A DNA stretch of 63,861 nt, the filler included, from Lenisia limosa (taxonomy: Eukaryota > Protista > Breviatea): assembly GCA_001655205.1 (NCBI GenBank). It is 9 parts of 9 records of this genome, joined end to end, with 100 filler letters (N's around TTAATTAATTAA, not from the genome) between each part and the next. Parts side by side here need not be neighbours in the genome. Positions count along the whole stretch, not along the records: positions 1 to 21,897 come from LPNZ01009757.1; positions 21,998 to 23,778 come from LPNZ01005890.1; positions 23,879 to 27,248 come from LPNZ01010257.1; 6 more parts are not named here. One strand, given 5' to 3'. Under the pieces are notes generated by a model. The model had not been told where the DNA came from, ran no database searches, and saw nothing but the letters and a program-made list of their open reading frames with translations. Numbering within the stretch: position 1 is the first letter of the stretch; every line of letters starts with the position of its first letter. Shown in pieces: positions 13,860-27,348 of the stretch. The translations under genes and the position numbers were made by a program.

Positions 13860-14800
13860 GAAGTTTCAAGACAGGTTAGAGACAGACAAAAGGCCATAGT
13901 GTCCAGACTGCTGAAAAGCTCCGAAATGAAGTTGCTAAAACATGAATCTCAGATTAAGGAGAAAATACATTTTTGGAAATAGTATCAAACAAAACACCTG
14001 AAAACACGAAAAAAAATACACTATATCAGTTCCTTTTTGATATTTTGAATATCTTTCGCGGGCTCCCCTTAAATAATGCTTACGAAAAAGGTTGGGGTTC
14101 AAGGAAAGCCTCAACTTCCGAGAACAACTGCGGCTGAAAGACAAAGGCGCTTGCCTAATGCGTGAGCTAAGGAAACATTGGTTTAAGGATAAGGACATGT
14201 TTGCCTGGAAAAGCGAGTTATAATTGTCAGTGTTGTACAATACTTGAAGGAAGAACCAACACATATCAATGATCCCCGATATTGAAGGACTGAAATGAGT
14301 CCAAAGCAAAAAGCCCAGTGTTGTGTCAGACATGAGGGTGGCCAAAATAAGCCCAAGGTCCTACATGAGAGTGGCTGAGGGCTTCGATGCTGTCCATTGC
14401 TTTAGTCAATACCTTGAGACAATGGGGAGGGAGGCGCGGTACAAGCTGGGGGGTGGGGTAAATGATGAAACNNNNNNNNNNNNNNNNNNNNNNNNNNNNN
14501 NNNNNNNNNNNNNNNNNNNNNNNNNNNNNNNNNNNNNNNNNNNNNNNNNNNNNNNNNNNNNNNNNNNNNNNNNNNNNNNNNNNNNNNNNNNNNNNNNNNN
14601 NNNNNNNNNNNNNNNNNNNNNNNNNNNNNNNNGTATATGAGAACACATTTGAAAACACACGAGGGTGGATGCGGGGCTGTAAGGAATAAATGGTAAGAAC
14701 TATCAGCAGAAAAGATAGAACATGTCTTTTCCTTATGACACAAAAATAATAATTTAAATTAATCGGATATTCTTGAAAATACAAAGGAACACCTGAGAAG
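13860..14800 (+). pseudogene. Decayed long reading frame, possibly transposase-derived
   Basis: One frame stays protein-like for ~200 codons with scattered stops. Downstream GAVRNKW*ELSAEKIEHVFFL loosely resembles the end of the hAT dimerisation domain (weak). Confidence 0.3.
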
Positions 14801-15693
14801 CTTAAGAGGAAAATAGTATTATGAGTATAAGATAATTGATATCCATTCNNNNNNNNNNNNNNNNNNNNNNNNNNNNNNNNNNNNNNNNNNNNNNNNNNNN
14901 NNNNNNNNNNNNNNNNNNNNNNNNNNNNNNNNNNNNNNNNNNNNNNNNNNNNNNNNNNNNNNNNCCGCCGTTTGACCCCGTCAATCAGAATGTTGGAGAA
15001 CATGAACATGTAGAGGGCAAGTATAACCGCATTGAACACTGCGTATGATGAGTGGTGTGGAAATTGTAACCCGGTCCAATTGTAACTCAAATTGTCTCAA
15101 CTTCCTCCTGAGGAGGTTGATAAAAATAGTTGAAAATAATTTGTTTCAAAAAATATATCAATCGCACACTTACAATTTTAATTTTTAAACAAAAAAAAAC
15201 AATCACGTCCTTAGCCTTTCGGGAGGGGAGGTTAGATCAAATTGAAATGACAACATAAAATTAACGCGCTAACAAAGTGAGACGGTGTTGTAGTTGCTGT
15301 TAACCAGAGCAACACCCATAAAGACGTAGAGGAAGACTCCAATAGCATGCTAAAGTAGGTCAAATGATTTTGTTTAGAATAGTATTTTAAAAGTTCCCAG
15401 ATTGGCTGATCAAACCGGATAAACTAGGGGGTGAATAGGAGTGTTATTGGAGTGAAACCATTTTAAAGAGGGAGTCTGCTTAATGTGGTTTTTGAGGAAA
15501 TTCTGTGAAAAACTCGTAACACATTGATAGAGAAAGCAGGTTTCGAAGCCACATCTGTATCAATGATATGATAGTGATATCCACATATCATACTTTTGTT
15601 TCTGGTAAATCATTTGAAGTTTGACTTTTTTACTTTATTATTGCCATTTACCTCGATAGATTATGAAGTCTTCCCACGGCTCTGATACTTAAC

Positions 15694-16114
15694 TTGCTTT
15701 GGAGGTCCTCCTTAAAAAGGGAGAATCCACAGATGGTATACCAGCGGCTCATCCAGTCGTTCGATCCTCAATTCGAGCCACTTGATGTCACCTTCTTCGG
15801 GCTCGCCACGGAGGTTTTTCCCAAAAACGTCCATATGATAAACGGCGGGAAGTATAGTTATTACAAGAAAGAGGCGTATGAGGCTCTTCTGTTGATTCAG
15901 CTGCTGAAGTGGAACCAGAGGTGGTGTGGCAGAACTTGTCAAGGAGTGGGTTCATGATGGGTTCCTTCTCTATAACGAAGAAAATTTTGTATTGCTTCAC
16001 ACAGTCGTTCATTGGAAGAAATTCTCTTGGATTTCCCGATCCAACCCCATGTCACTCGAGGAGGTACTGAAACAAATGGTTTTCGGTCTATCTCAGATGA
16101 GGTTGTGTCTGTGA
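15694..16114 (+). pseudogene. Intronless frameshifted ORF pair (15694-15957 / 15926-16114), unknown product
   Basis: Two overlapping frames that join with a single frameshift. No motif recognised. Confidence 0.3.
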
Positions 16115-17556
16115 TGTTTTTTATTTTATTTTAGTTGGTTTTATATGATGTTTGGACTCACACGTTACACTTCTCCTTCTTTCAACACCTTAAGCAGACA
16201 ACGTCTTTTTCAATTCACGGCTCAAAGGATGTTGATCCGTCAATTGTGGAACTATTCAGATTCCATTGCATGTTTAAAGATTTAATTATGGCGGTTCAGG
16301 GTTGTGACGATGAGGCTCACTATGTTTGCTGGCAGCCCTCAAAATTGTTTTGTGTTTTTTTAAGATCATTGTGTTGCTCTTTTTGAAGTGTATTATGTTG
16401 TGTATATCTTGTTTAATGTAACAGCTTTTCAAAATGAAATATCTACTAAAGGTCAGAGAAAAGGAGTGTTTAAAGCAGACTCTCGCTTTTAGTCTGAACA
16501 TTGTCAAAAAAAATAATAAAAAAAAAAAATAAAAAAAATAATAATAATAACACTCACCAAGGAAGCTGGTGCATACACCAGAACGGTAAAGGGCACAGAG
16601 ACGATTGTGAAGAGGAACATGGAGTAGTTCGCAGATATGTGCTCATTTTCAGGCACCCACGACGCTTCCTAAAATGGTTCAGTAATTGGCCTGCCAGTAT
16701 TATAAAACCCTAACTCTGACTGAAACTGATCTGAAATAGGGCAACAACATAAGGAACTACAAAACGATGGTTAATTACAACATTGCCCAGATATTTTACC
16801 ATATTTGCAGGTAATGAGCATACCGAGACGAAATGAGCGGTGTGCATCAACATCATGCTGGTTACTATGCGGTGAGTGGAAATGATAAAAAAAACACACA
16901 TGTACCAGTATATTGCACTCATTCGTTAAAAACAACATAAAAAAAACCAGCACGAAACGTACTGCAATTTGTTATTTAGGTATTAAGGAAGCACTAATGC
17001 TAATATTTGCTATTGTACCAACTTTCTGGGCTCTTGGGAAGCCATCTATACCCCCGTACGGATACAAACGAAGAAGGCGGAGTCCCAAAAAACAAGGTAA
17101 CGCGGACTGTAGTGGCTGAGGAGATAGAGGCAGAGGAACAGTAGAATTCCAACTGACCACACCATTATCAACGGCAGTTGGTCTGTTCCTACATGGGATG
17201 AAATCAGCGTTTTACGCAATTAAGCCAAACCTGATTTAAGAACAAAGATGATGGCCACCAGGTAGATGATGAAAAACACGATCCAAAACCAGAGCGTATA
17301 CATCTTGAGGGTAAATAAAGGAAGAGTAAATAATCGTCTTGTCAAAGATGTTTGAAAATGCCTGTCTATTTTCGCCAAAACTTCTTCAAGCACAGTGTTG
17401 ATAAAAAAAAAATCATGGCGAGATTTCTTCGACAATTTCAGAGAGCACACGCAACTTACCCGAAATAAGGACACCAGAGAGAAGTAGTACCGTCTGAATG
17501 AAGCATATTTCAAGGGAATAGAATAATCTGCAAAGTCAACAGATCAGCTGTAATTG

Positions 17557-17625
17557 AATGATGAAGATTATGATGAAGATTATGATGAAGATTATGATGA
17601 AGATTATGATGAAGATTACGATGAA
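17557..17625. repeat. 12-bp tandem repeat (GATGAAGATTAT)n
   Basis: About five consecutive units. Confidence 0.9.
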
Positions 17626-20499
17626 GAGTTGGAGGAAAAACATAATAGAAGAAGTGGAGAGATTAAGGACCACTGGATGTGTTTGCTAAATACTCTACAT
17701 TTTGTTATACAAAACCCCCCATTCGCCCATTACCATTAGGAACCACCGGAGGCAAGGCGAAGTTGGACTAAATAATAAGACAAGACAATTTGAAAATGTA
17801 GCCGTAATACTGGAATACAACAACTAATCTACCACAGAAGCAGCAGTTGTAATATGATAGGTAATCTTCCAATGTCCAATTACCAAAGCCTCCGTCAAAC
17901 CCAGCAAACCGCTACGCCATGAAGCGACGCCTTAGAGTGGTTGGCCAATTGTGACGAACAAACGGGCCCGGAAACTCCTTCACAGTCCAAAATCTCGTTC
18001 TTGAACTCAAGCATCATCTCCGCATTTCGCGGCGACAGAGTAATGGATCTCGCGCTGAGCATAGCGCTGTTGTTGCTTTCGGAGCTTTCGCCCCTCCCCG
18101 GTCGGGATAAAGGGAGGGTAGGTATTTTGGGCCTAGGGAGGGAGGTATTATTGGCAGTAGAAGTTGGGTAAAATTAAGATTTTACAGATATCGTGCGGGC
18201 AAGATTCCTACCACAAAGACAAAAGAGTTTCGCATAATTATTATAACATTCCATAGTGAGCTGTTCACAACTTCCCTCCTACGAAGCAGGGGAGAACGAT
18301 TGGGGTGGTGAGTTCATTTGCGCCTAAACGTAGGTTAGAATGTAGGTTGCTGAGGTCATCACCTTCAGCCTTAAGAATACTATTCTGAATAACCTTCAAA
18401 AAAGAGCTTATTTGTGTCTTCTCGATAACGAGAAATCAAAGATAATGGTAATACACTCAAGCTAAAACGATTCCGAGTTTGTCTTGGATGTCGAATCGGA
18501 TTTCAGAGGAGCTGTCAATGTTTTAAAGGGGTTTTATCGAAAAGCAGTCTTGAGAAACCATCTTAGCCGTAAAAGACAACAGTATCATTTCAAAAGAACA
18601 GTAGAAAACAAGACAACGAAGGCATTCGAACAAACAACCCACTATTGGTAATTTTGGAACACGGGGGCAAAGCGATGCTGTCTTATCTCCGGATATTGGG
18701 GCTGAAAAGGGCTGCGAAATAGGCGGAATGACTTTCGGCAAAACGAAGCACTTTTCTTTTTGCCTGCCGGTTTGTATGGACCCTAGGGAATGAGTGCGGC
18801 TGAGGAATTATCCATGAAAGTTAAATAGTATTTGTTTTTGGAATTTTATGAAATTTCACTTTTTTTCTTCCATTTTCAGCTGAAATCATCTTGATTTCAA
18901 TTTTCAAAAATACGAAATTAGTTGAAAATTGAAATTTGAAAACCCTGTGCGCACACTGTCTATTTTCTTACATAGTACAAATATCTGCATATCGTACAAT
19001 TAATATTATTATACATTTATCGTATATGATACCATATGATACTATTGAGTGAAACAAGTCTGGGATCATGGTGGTAAAATAACACTTAACAAGGTTAGAC
19101 AGAATATTTCATTAATGTGGATAGTAACGACTATATCAAGGAACAAAGACACCGTAACAACCCTCACCATTTTGATGAAGGCTTTTTGTTGGTAAATCTA
19201 GGTACTGTACGAACGTTTTTGAACCAATAAACTCTGAGCCAGGCACTGTGGGTGTTAATAAGAAACGGAAGCGATAAAATTAGAACTATAAAATGCCTTT
19301 GACAATGGTAGGTACACGAACCTTTCTGTATCATTGCCTCCACTGCTTCGATTCCCTCCCCAAAACACTAGACTGTCAGAATGCGATTCAGAAAAACGTA
19401 GGATAACTGTGTTTTCTCGTATCNNNNNNNNNNNNNNNNNNNNNNNNNNNNNNNNNNNNNNNNNNNNNNNNNNNNNNNNNNNNNNNNNNNNNNNNNNNNN
19501 NNNNNNNNNNNNNNNNNNNNNNNNNNNNNNNNNNNNNNNNNNNNNNNNNNNNNNNNNNNNNNNNNNNNNNNNNNNNNNNNNNNNNNNNNNNNNNNNNNNN
19601 NNNNNNNNNNNNNNNNNNNNNNNNNNNNNNNNNNNNNNAAAGCTCACCACAATGGAAGGCAGCCTGATGGTGAGTGCGGTGAGGGTATATATTTTTCCGC
19701 TTCCCCTTTTATACTGAGGTTTCAAAACATTCAAATAAACCTGTTATTTATGACACACAACAGATGATACGATATCATAAGCGAAAATACTCCTTTTTCT
19801 CATGATATTACCCGATATCTTCTTTGCAGCGCCCTTCAATACTTATCCAAGGTAGCAATTTTATGCTCTCATTCATTGCTGATCCAAAAATTGTAATATA
19901 GTCAGCCTACTTTGAGTCCAACAAAAGAGGCCTTAGCGAGGATGGAGTGCAGCAGGTTGACCATGAACGTGTGTAGGGCTTTTTCACAGTCCGTAATCGC
20001 AATACAGATAAATAGCATTCTAGAAGGTCAGGGGGTTAGGCAGAAATAGAACTTGGCTTTTCTTTCCTTCAAATTTCTTGATGTTATCTCTAGAAATACG
20101 TTTGAATTAAAACAGAATATCAAACAGTATAACTATTATATCACAATCGTACTGAAGACATACTTTCCAGAGAAGTTTCGAATCATTTTAATTTCTCCAA
20201 GGCTCTGTTGGAGTACCTTAAGTGTCAAAAAGACTATCACTACGATTGGAAAATTAGATGAATAAATAGAGTGAGATGAAGGGATCAATATTTGATCAGC
20301 TAACCTCAAAAACAATTTTATTTGCGGCTTCCAAGAGGTCAGCTAAGTTTTCGGGTGTTAGACACTCAAACTCTTCAGTCTAATATGTTGGTGAGTGGCT
20401 CTGGTGTATCGACAGAGAAAGAGTCAAATAGAATTTCAATGTGCTCAAAATTTTCAACTCTTACAAGAAAACACTCATTGGATCAATTTCCAAACCCAC

Positions 20500-21800
20500 G
20501 ACGCTGTGTGGATCTGCAGGGACCATCTCTTCCATGACTTCAATCTAAAACAATGAATAGCGAGAGCTAAGAATGGCTCAAGATGATAAATGACAAAAAA
20601 ACGTGATATAATGAGACACAGTCTTACCTCGCTCAGACACACAGCAACGTGCCCGTTGTTTTCCTAGATAGTCAGAAGAGCCAGATTTAAAGACCGGCTG
20701 CGGCTTAACAATATAATACATACTCCAAATCACTTAAGATAAATTCCAGAATGATAAAACAGGCAGAAAAATGCTCTCTTTTCAAACGTTTTTATCTGTA
20801 GTGTTCTTGAGAAGGGAAACCTCTTGAAATAAAGCCAAATCCCTCTCCTTGCGTGCAGCCTTGAGGATGAAAAAAAAACAAGCAAATGGGAAAATAAAGG
20901 TTAGAAACAAGTGGGAGAAGAGCAAAAGCCGTTTCTTAGTATCAATGGTGAAGAAAAAAGACCCTGATGGCATTATTTGCTCTTTACTCGATAAAATGGT
21001 GTAAGTTATTTGATGAAGATTGAAACGTACTTTTGCCGAATCCACGGGGTTACTCATGCTGAAAAATCGTAGCACCATTTGAATATACACAATGTGCCCA
21101 GAGTGTATGATGGCCTGGGAAGGGGGTCAGTCAAGATATTTACTTCTGACTCAATAAAAAATTCATTCATTATTCTCTTTAGAGACTAATACTCTCAAAA
21201 ATTAGATAATTTAAAATATCCATGGAATTGATAAATGAGAACAGAGATGGAAAAATCAGTCTTCAGCTCCAATTTCTCCCGCAAGTGACATGTATTGGGC
21301 AACTTTCTCCTCGGCATCCAAGACAGGGTAGAATATGAACAACGCTTTCAGTACACCTCAATACATGCCAGCAAAGACAATGAATTTGCCCCAAGAAACA
21401 TACAATAATAATAAGGGCCCAGAACTTTTCCTCAGTAATATTGCGGTCCTTCGACTGCAGTAAACAGTGCCCTATGTTTGGGACCTGAAGGGTCAAAATT
21501 TTTCACATGCCATGCACATCTTGAAAAGATCGCCAAATGGACATTAAATTTATTACTGTCAGCTAATTATACTGTGATAGAAAGAATCCCTTTTCTTGAA
21601 TATTGTCAACGATAATAGAGCGCATGTTCACAATAAAGCAAATTCTAACAATGCACCACCCACTGCTACCAAAGGAACACTGGCAAAAGTCGGACATTCG
21701 ATGAGATGCGGAATGACAAGAAGTGACGTGATGTAGATCAACCCCGGGCAAAGAATGTGGAACACTGTCGGGTCTTCCTCAAGCGTCATATAAAACACCA
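20500..21800 (-). CDS. Spliced hypothetical (probably membrane) protein, partly degraded
   Basis: GT-AG exons such as AARKERDLALFQEVSLLKNTTDKN, ENNGHVAVCLSE and IEVMEEMVPADPHS, plus a hydrophobic stretch YITSLLVIPHLIECPTFASVPLVAVGGALLEFALL. Confidence 0.35.
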
Positions 21801-21897
21801 CGAGCAATTGCTACAATGTTAGATTTTTGGGGAACTCCCTTTTGGTCCGCAAAACTATCGAGAAATGTTGCTTTTGTTTGAACATATATACATATAA

Positions 21898-21997
21898 NNN
21901 NNNNNNNNNNNNNNNNNNNNNNNNNNNNNNNNNNNNNNNNNTTAATTAATTAANNNNNNNNNNNNNNNNNNNNNNNNNNNNNNNNNNNNNNNNNNNN
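21898..21997. other. Artificial contig spacer (44N-TTAATTAATTAA-44N). Identical spacers at 23779-23878, 27249-27348, 31735-31834, 36095-36194, 56891-56990, 58816-58915, 61750-61849
   Basis: Eight identical 100-bp blocks whose 12-mer has stop codons in all six frames. Synteny across them is meaningless. Confidence 0.97.
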
Positions 21998-23357
21998 GTT
22001 GGAGAATGCGGTGAGTCCGGTGTCATTCTGCTTCTTCAGTCGATTGAACTCGTTCTACAGGGTTTACAAAAACAAAACAAAACAAAAAAATAAGGAAGAA
22101 AAACTATTAAAAAATAATCTTAAAAAAAAGAGGAGACAATGGCTGAATTACTCAGTATTTCGGTAGTTTATGAACTCGTAAACAAAAACAAAAAGGAAAA
22201 AAAAGGGGGAAAAAAAAAGAGCTGAATTACTAATATCGAGCTGGTTTATGAACTGGTTAGGTCATCACATGTCGGAATTATTCCATGAATCATTCATATT
22301 TCGATAGTTTCTCAACCATTTTCGTAAAAAAATGTTATCACAAGTAGTAACCTGTGCTGTTAGGATTCACTCTTATACACGTCATAGTTTGGACATCGTC
22401 AGCCTGACAACCTGTTTTATTTCTCATCTCCACCATCCATCCCCCTGCTGTAAATCCAGATCTCGTTCACTCTACTCACCCCCCCCCCNNNNNNNNNNNN
22501 NNNNNNNNNNNNNNNNNNNNNNNNNNNNNNNNNNNNNNNNNNNNNNNNNNNNNNNNNNNNNNNNNNNNNNNNNNNNNNNNNNNNNNNNNNNNNNNNNNNN
22601 NNNNNNNNNNNNNNNNNATCTTGAAACGAGACAACATTGTTGAGGCTATTAAAACTCACACACTTGACACTACGCTACTACTGCTGAATCAGTGCTGACA
22701 GTGCTGAAAAAAGGGGAAAAGTGGGAAAAGGTGGTTTCTGGCAGGCAACTGTAAACTACAAATTTTTTACCTCCTGCTTGACCACCCGGTGCGCCCCGGG
22801 TCTTATAGAATTGCGTCAGGGGAACGCATTTCCAGATTTCCAGAGCTATTCCACTCAGATGTCAGATTCTTTATTATTGACGAATTATTATCACTGAATA
22901 AACACGTAAAGTAGAGACTTCCTTGCCAGTCCAGGTTTCTTTTCCAGATGCAGTTGTATTTTATAAATGTTTAAACGTTGTCTCAAGATATTCCAGATTA
23001 TCATCTGTGGTGTTTTGTCGGTTTATCAATGCTCCAGTTTCAGATATTCCAGACGATTGTTGGTGCTTTATCAGTGTTAGATATTCTAGAAACATCAAAG
23101 AATAGACATATCATATACAGATTTCCAAATTTCTTCCCCAGCGTGACCAGCGTGAGCTGTGACTGTTGAAGCAAGAAGAAGAAGACTAAAACTGCTGATT
23201 GGTCGCTTCTGCAGCGCCGCATCCCATTACGACAATATACATTAGAACAATACGAACAAACACGATCTTCAGAAGCCAATAAATCACGGCGAAGAACACC
23301 TGCATGGAACCTGGGGTGCGAATTAATAATGTGTCGGTCGGTACCCGTCCTAAATAA

Positions 23358-23600
23358 TAGAGCTTCACTTCAGTTCCAAAGAAGAGTAAATCTCGATAAA
23401 TCCTCGACAAGTATCGTTAACCCATCTTTTGGAACGGAAGGTGAAGGCTCTACATAAAAACCTTCTTTAAGCAAACAATATCCGAGTTTTCACTACAAAA
23501 CTAGGGATTCACTCCGGTCACAAAAGACCGGTAAAATTTTGATACTTTTCGCGAATTCACAGAGAATTCAGTCTTTTTTTGTTACAAAAATGAAGCTCTA
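23358..23600. mobile_element. Two adjacent MITE-A copies (23358-23452 and 23502-23600, opposite internal orientation)
   Basis: Each has degenerate TIRs and TA flanks. Confidence 0.8.
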
Positions 23601-23632
23601 TACGCAACCCACCATTAAACCCGGGACGACTC

Positions 23633-23763
23633 TTTAAAGGCGATGGCGACTGGTAGTTGCCGGCGGCGGCTGAGCCATGTTTGGGGGCGGCATGCTGAGG
23701 TTTGGCGCTGGCACCATGGGCGTGCCAACTGAGAAGGACTTCAGCAACTGCATCCGCTGTTCC
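23633..23763 (-). CDS. Terminal exon of a Pro-rich protein
   Basis: Poly-C + AG acceptor at the contig end, then EQRMQLLKSFSVGTPMVPAPNLSMPPPNMAQPPPATTSRHRL*. Confidence 0.5.
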
Positions 23764-24009
23764 TGGGGGGGGGGGGGGNNNNNNNNNNNNNNNNNNNNNN
23801 NNNNNNNNNNNNNNNNNNNNNNTTAATTAATTAANNNNNNNNNNNNNNNNNNNNNNNNNNNNNNNNNNNNNNNNNNNNCCCTCCCCCCCAAAAAAAAATT
23901 CCCTCTTTTTGAGTACAACAGGGATAATAACATTGACATTATCGATGAAAAAGATCAGGAATACAATCATTATTGCGTATAATGACAATAAACAAACCCC
24001 ACAATCACG

Positions 24010-27000
24010 AACAGGAAGACTTGACAGCACGTCGGTACTCACGGTCAAGAAAGAGAGGCGGTCATGGCGGCCTCGTTGNNNNNNNNNNNNNNNNNNNNNN
24101 NNNNNNNNNNNNNNNNNNNNNNNNNNNNNNNNNNNNNNNNNNNNNNNNNNNNNNNNNNNNNNNNNNNNNNNNNNNNNNNNNNNNNNNNNNNNNNNNNNNN
24201 NNNNNNNNNNNNNNNNNNNNNNNNNNTGCGCGGAAGAACTGACTGTCGGTGCGGTTCTCGCACAGGAGGAGGAATGGGCAGGTAGGATCAAGTTGATGCC
24301 TATTGAATATGCTAGTCGAGGTCTGACTTCGGCTGAGAAGAACTATACTATTTCTGAAAAGGAATGTTCAGCAATTGTGTATGCTGCGAAGAAATATAAA
24401 CACTATTTGGAGAACACGGAGTTCATGGTCCTCACCGATCATAAAGAGCTTTTAGCTTTGAAAAATAGTAAGAAGGAGCTCGGCACTCCAAGGCTGATGT
24501 GATGGGCGTTGGAACTTCAAGGGCTTTAATGTTATATAATATATCCCCGGGAAGGAAAACGGTCTCCCGCCAACGGATCTATCACCATCTTATTTCATTT
24601 AGATCCTCTAGTTCATTGCTAAGCGCAAACATGCTTAGTATCGTCTCGAGCTCTGTATCATGTCCGAGGCGTCAGTAGTGATGACAATCGGAAGTTCGGG
24701 GTCGCAAACAGTGAGGATAAATTTCTCCACCAACTTGTCCTTCAGTATTTTGAAAGCTAGTTGATATTGAGGCACACAGTGGAACTTAACAGCGTTATTC
24801 AACGCTGTGCTATTTTGGCAAAATTATCAATAAACCGCCTGTAATATTCTGTCATCCCGAGGAACGACCGAACCTGACCAACGTCTTTAGGCGGTACAAA
24901 GTTCTTAATGCACTCCACTTTATCACCCTTGGCTCTTACGCTCTGGAAAGAGACGATGTAGCCAATATATTCTACCGACTTGGCCCCGAAAACACATTTT
25001 GGTAGTTTTGCTACGAACCCATAACGAATCAATCGCTTCAAAACCACCTCCACATGCCTCATGTGCTCTTTTTCGGTCTCGCTGAAGACTATATTATCGT
25101 CAAAAAAATCTCGACAAACTGTAGGTCTCCCAAAATCTTTCTCATTTCTCGTTGGAATCTCACAGATGCATTCTTAAGACCAAAGGGCATACATTTCCAT
25201 TCAAAGAGACCCTCTGATGTTACGAAGGCTGTGCGCGCTTGATGTTTACGAGCAATTTTAATCTGCCAGAACCCGGAAGTCAGGTCTAGAGTAGAAAACA
25301 CTCTGGCCTGGACCAACTTGTCGAGTATATCTTCAATAATAGACCGAGAATTGTCAGTGATTGTGACGCTATTCAAAGTATTGTCTGGAGGAGGGGATCA
25401 ATAAATTAGAATAATATAATATATTACAACATGTATTATTGTTTCAGCTTTGAGAAATAAATACTCATTACTTTTCAAATTTGCTACTCTGTGAAATGAT
25501 ACATACTACTACTACTAAGTGACACCAAGGCAAACTTTTTTGGTCTCTTGCCACTGCAGTTGGACAACGTCCGAACCGCTGGCTTGCTGAACATATTTCC
25601 CAGCTGAGGTGTCAAGATGATATCAATTGCGCTCAAATAGTACTAACAACTAAAACCCGCAAACTCAATCCCTTCAGCCTCGATGGGGGTAGGATATTGG
25701 TAGAGTTTGGGGCATGATCTAAGGTAGATACAATGCTGGGAGAAAGAGCAGGAGGGGGGGATATTGTATGCTCTAAGAGGGGGGGGGGTAATAATAGAAA
25801 ACGAATTTTACACAACTCTTGACTTTCGCTGACCAGTTAAATGCCACTGATTACAAAAATGGCCTGGCTAGCTGATCTAATATGTTTTTTAAAATCGGTA
25901 GTCTATGACAAGTTTCATCTTTTTGCCGTTGTCCACCACAAGGGCAGGTGCAGCCCACGGGCTACAATAAATCCGTTACCTGTCCAACAATAAACTCTTT
26001 TTCTCAGGCGTTGAACGGTAGAATGCCTTCGCCTGAGGTGTAGCTTCTTTCTCAATCTCTTTGCGGTGTTCTTCACAGCGGCCTGCTCCTGTTGGCCGAG
26101 CACAGATCCGGAATGCAATTGGACCAAGTCGCGTAAACGTTCCCTGATCCCACTTTCCGGAAACAATGTCTCCGTTTTACATTTCTCATTTACAATAAAC
26201 TCGAAATCTTCCAAGGAGTCCGGTGTTGAAAGCATTTGGAGTCTACTGTCATGGTTCAAGGTCGGGACTAAACCCTTCCCATCCACCATAAAGTAGTTCC
26301 CCGAGCTTGCGATTGTGACAATAAGTTCAACAACCCAGTTGTTTTGAATCAGCTCGTCCTTTCTAAGAATGACATGATCTGTCATCCCAGTTGCCACAAT
26401 TACCTGAATTGGAGTGATAGACTCCTTTGCGGGCAATGTAACAAATCCCAGAGTTTCAATTGAAATCCCGTTATCTGGCTCGGTTTTCACTCTTTCAATT
26501 AACTTCTTGGACCAGCCGTATTCCTCAAAACAATTATTAGATACTATGGAAGTATCGGCCCCGGTATCAATGACGCATCTCACTGTAGTTGGCCGACCTT
26601 CCCCTGACAACGTCAGGTTGGGGACTTTCAAGTGAGATGGTTGATGGCCTATTCTTGGTTCCCCAGCTACTTTATTCACTAGATTCACCACCCTAATGAC
26701 AGTTCCGGGAGATGTATTCAAACAAACAGGCTTAGATGAAGTCGTTGGGACTAAATACCTGGGGAAGTCAGAATCTTTAACTTCCAACGCATCGGGGATA
26801 GAACAGGAACCCACCTTTCCGATGGACTTGGTCACACGGCGGACGACTGCATTTTTCTTGTCCTTTCGATGGACATGGCCATTCTTCTTTTCCTCATCCT
26901 TCTTCATCATTGTCCTGAAGTTAAGCTTCCTTCCACCTGGTGGCCCTAGGAAGCGAACTTCCTAGAGCCGGGTTTCTGGGCCTGATCCACTTGTTTCTTG

Positions 27001-27180
27001 GGTTTGGGCTCCGCCACAACAGAAACCTCCGCCAAACCGGCAGCAACAACGTGTTTGAGGTACAAAGAGAAAGTCTCTCGTACCCGGTTCAACCGATAAT
27101 TTCATCCTCCCAAGAATGATAAAGTCACCAAACCTCTCAAAGTTGCCCCGACGGCCTTGGAATCTCTTCCCCACGCTCCG
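24010..27180 (-). mobile_element. Decayed Ty3/Gypsy LTR retrotransposon internal region (gag-like, aspartic protease, RT, RNase H); no LTR or integrase seen
   Basis: Protease VIDTGADTSIVS in ORF 25915-26910. RT motifs FSTLDLTSGFWQI, TAFVTSEGLFEWKCMPFGLKNA, (F)DDNIVFS (frameshifted), LPKCVFG, VRSFLGMTEYYRRFIDNFAKIA. RNase H start TTDASD ends at 24662. Confidence 0.93.
24239..24563 (+). mobile_element. Gypsy RNase H core in inverted orientation relative to the rest of pol
   Basis: LTVGAVLAQ..PIEYASRGLTSAEKNYTISEKECSAIVYAAKKYKHYLENTEFMVLTDHK..RLM*WALELQG..YIPGKENG lies on the + strand while RT lies on the - strand. Confidence 0.9.
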
Positions 27181-27348
27181 AAAGGCAGCGTACGTATAGG
27201 GGAGTGGGCACTATTAGTGTGACTTTTATCTTTTTATATAGAGGGCATNNNNNNNNNNNNNNNNNNNNNNNNNNNNNNNNNNNNNNNNNNNNTTAATTAA
27301 TTAANNNNNNNNNNNNNNNNNNNNNNNNNNNNNNNNNNNNNNNNNNNN

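Noticed and set aside
14323-21800. In-frame stops as evidence of an alternative genetic code
   Set aside because: All three stop types occur, only in decayed frames, and at least one is a CGA>TGA change. The well-supported spliced genes contain none.
21942-21953. Recurrent TTAATTAATTAA as a biological motif
   Set aside because: It is always centred in exactly 44+44 N, so it is an assembly linker.
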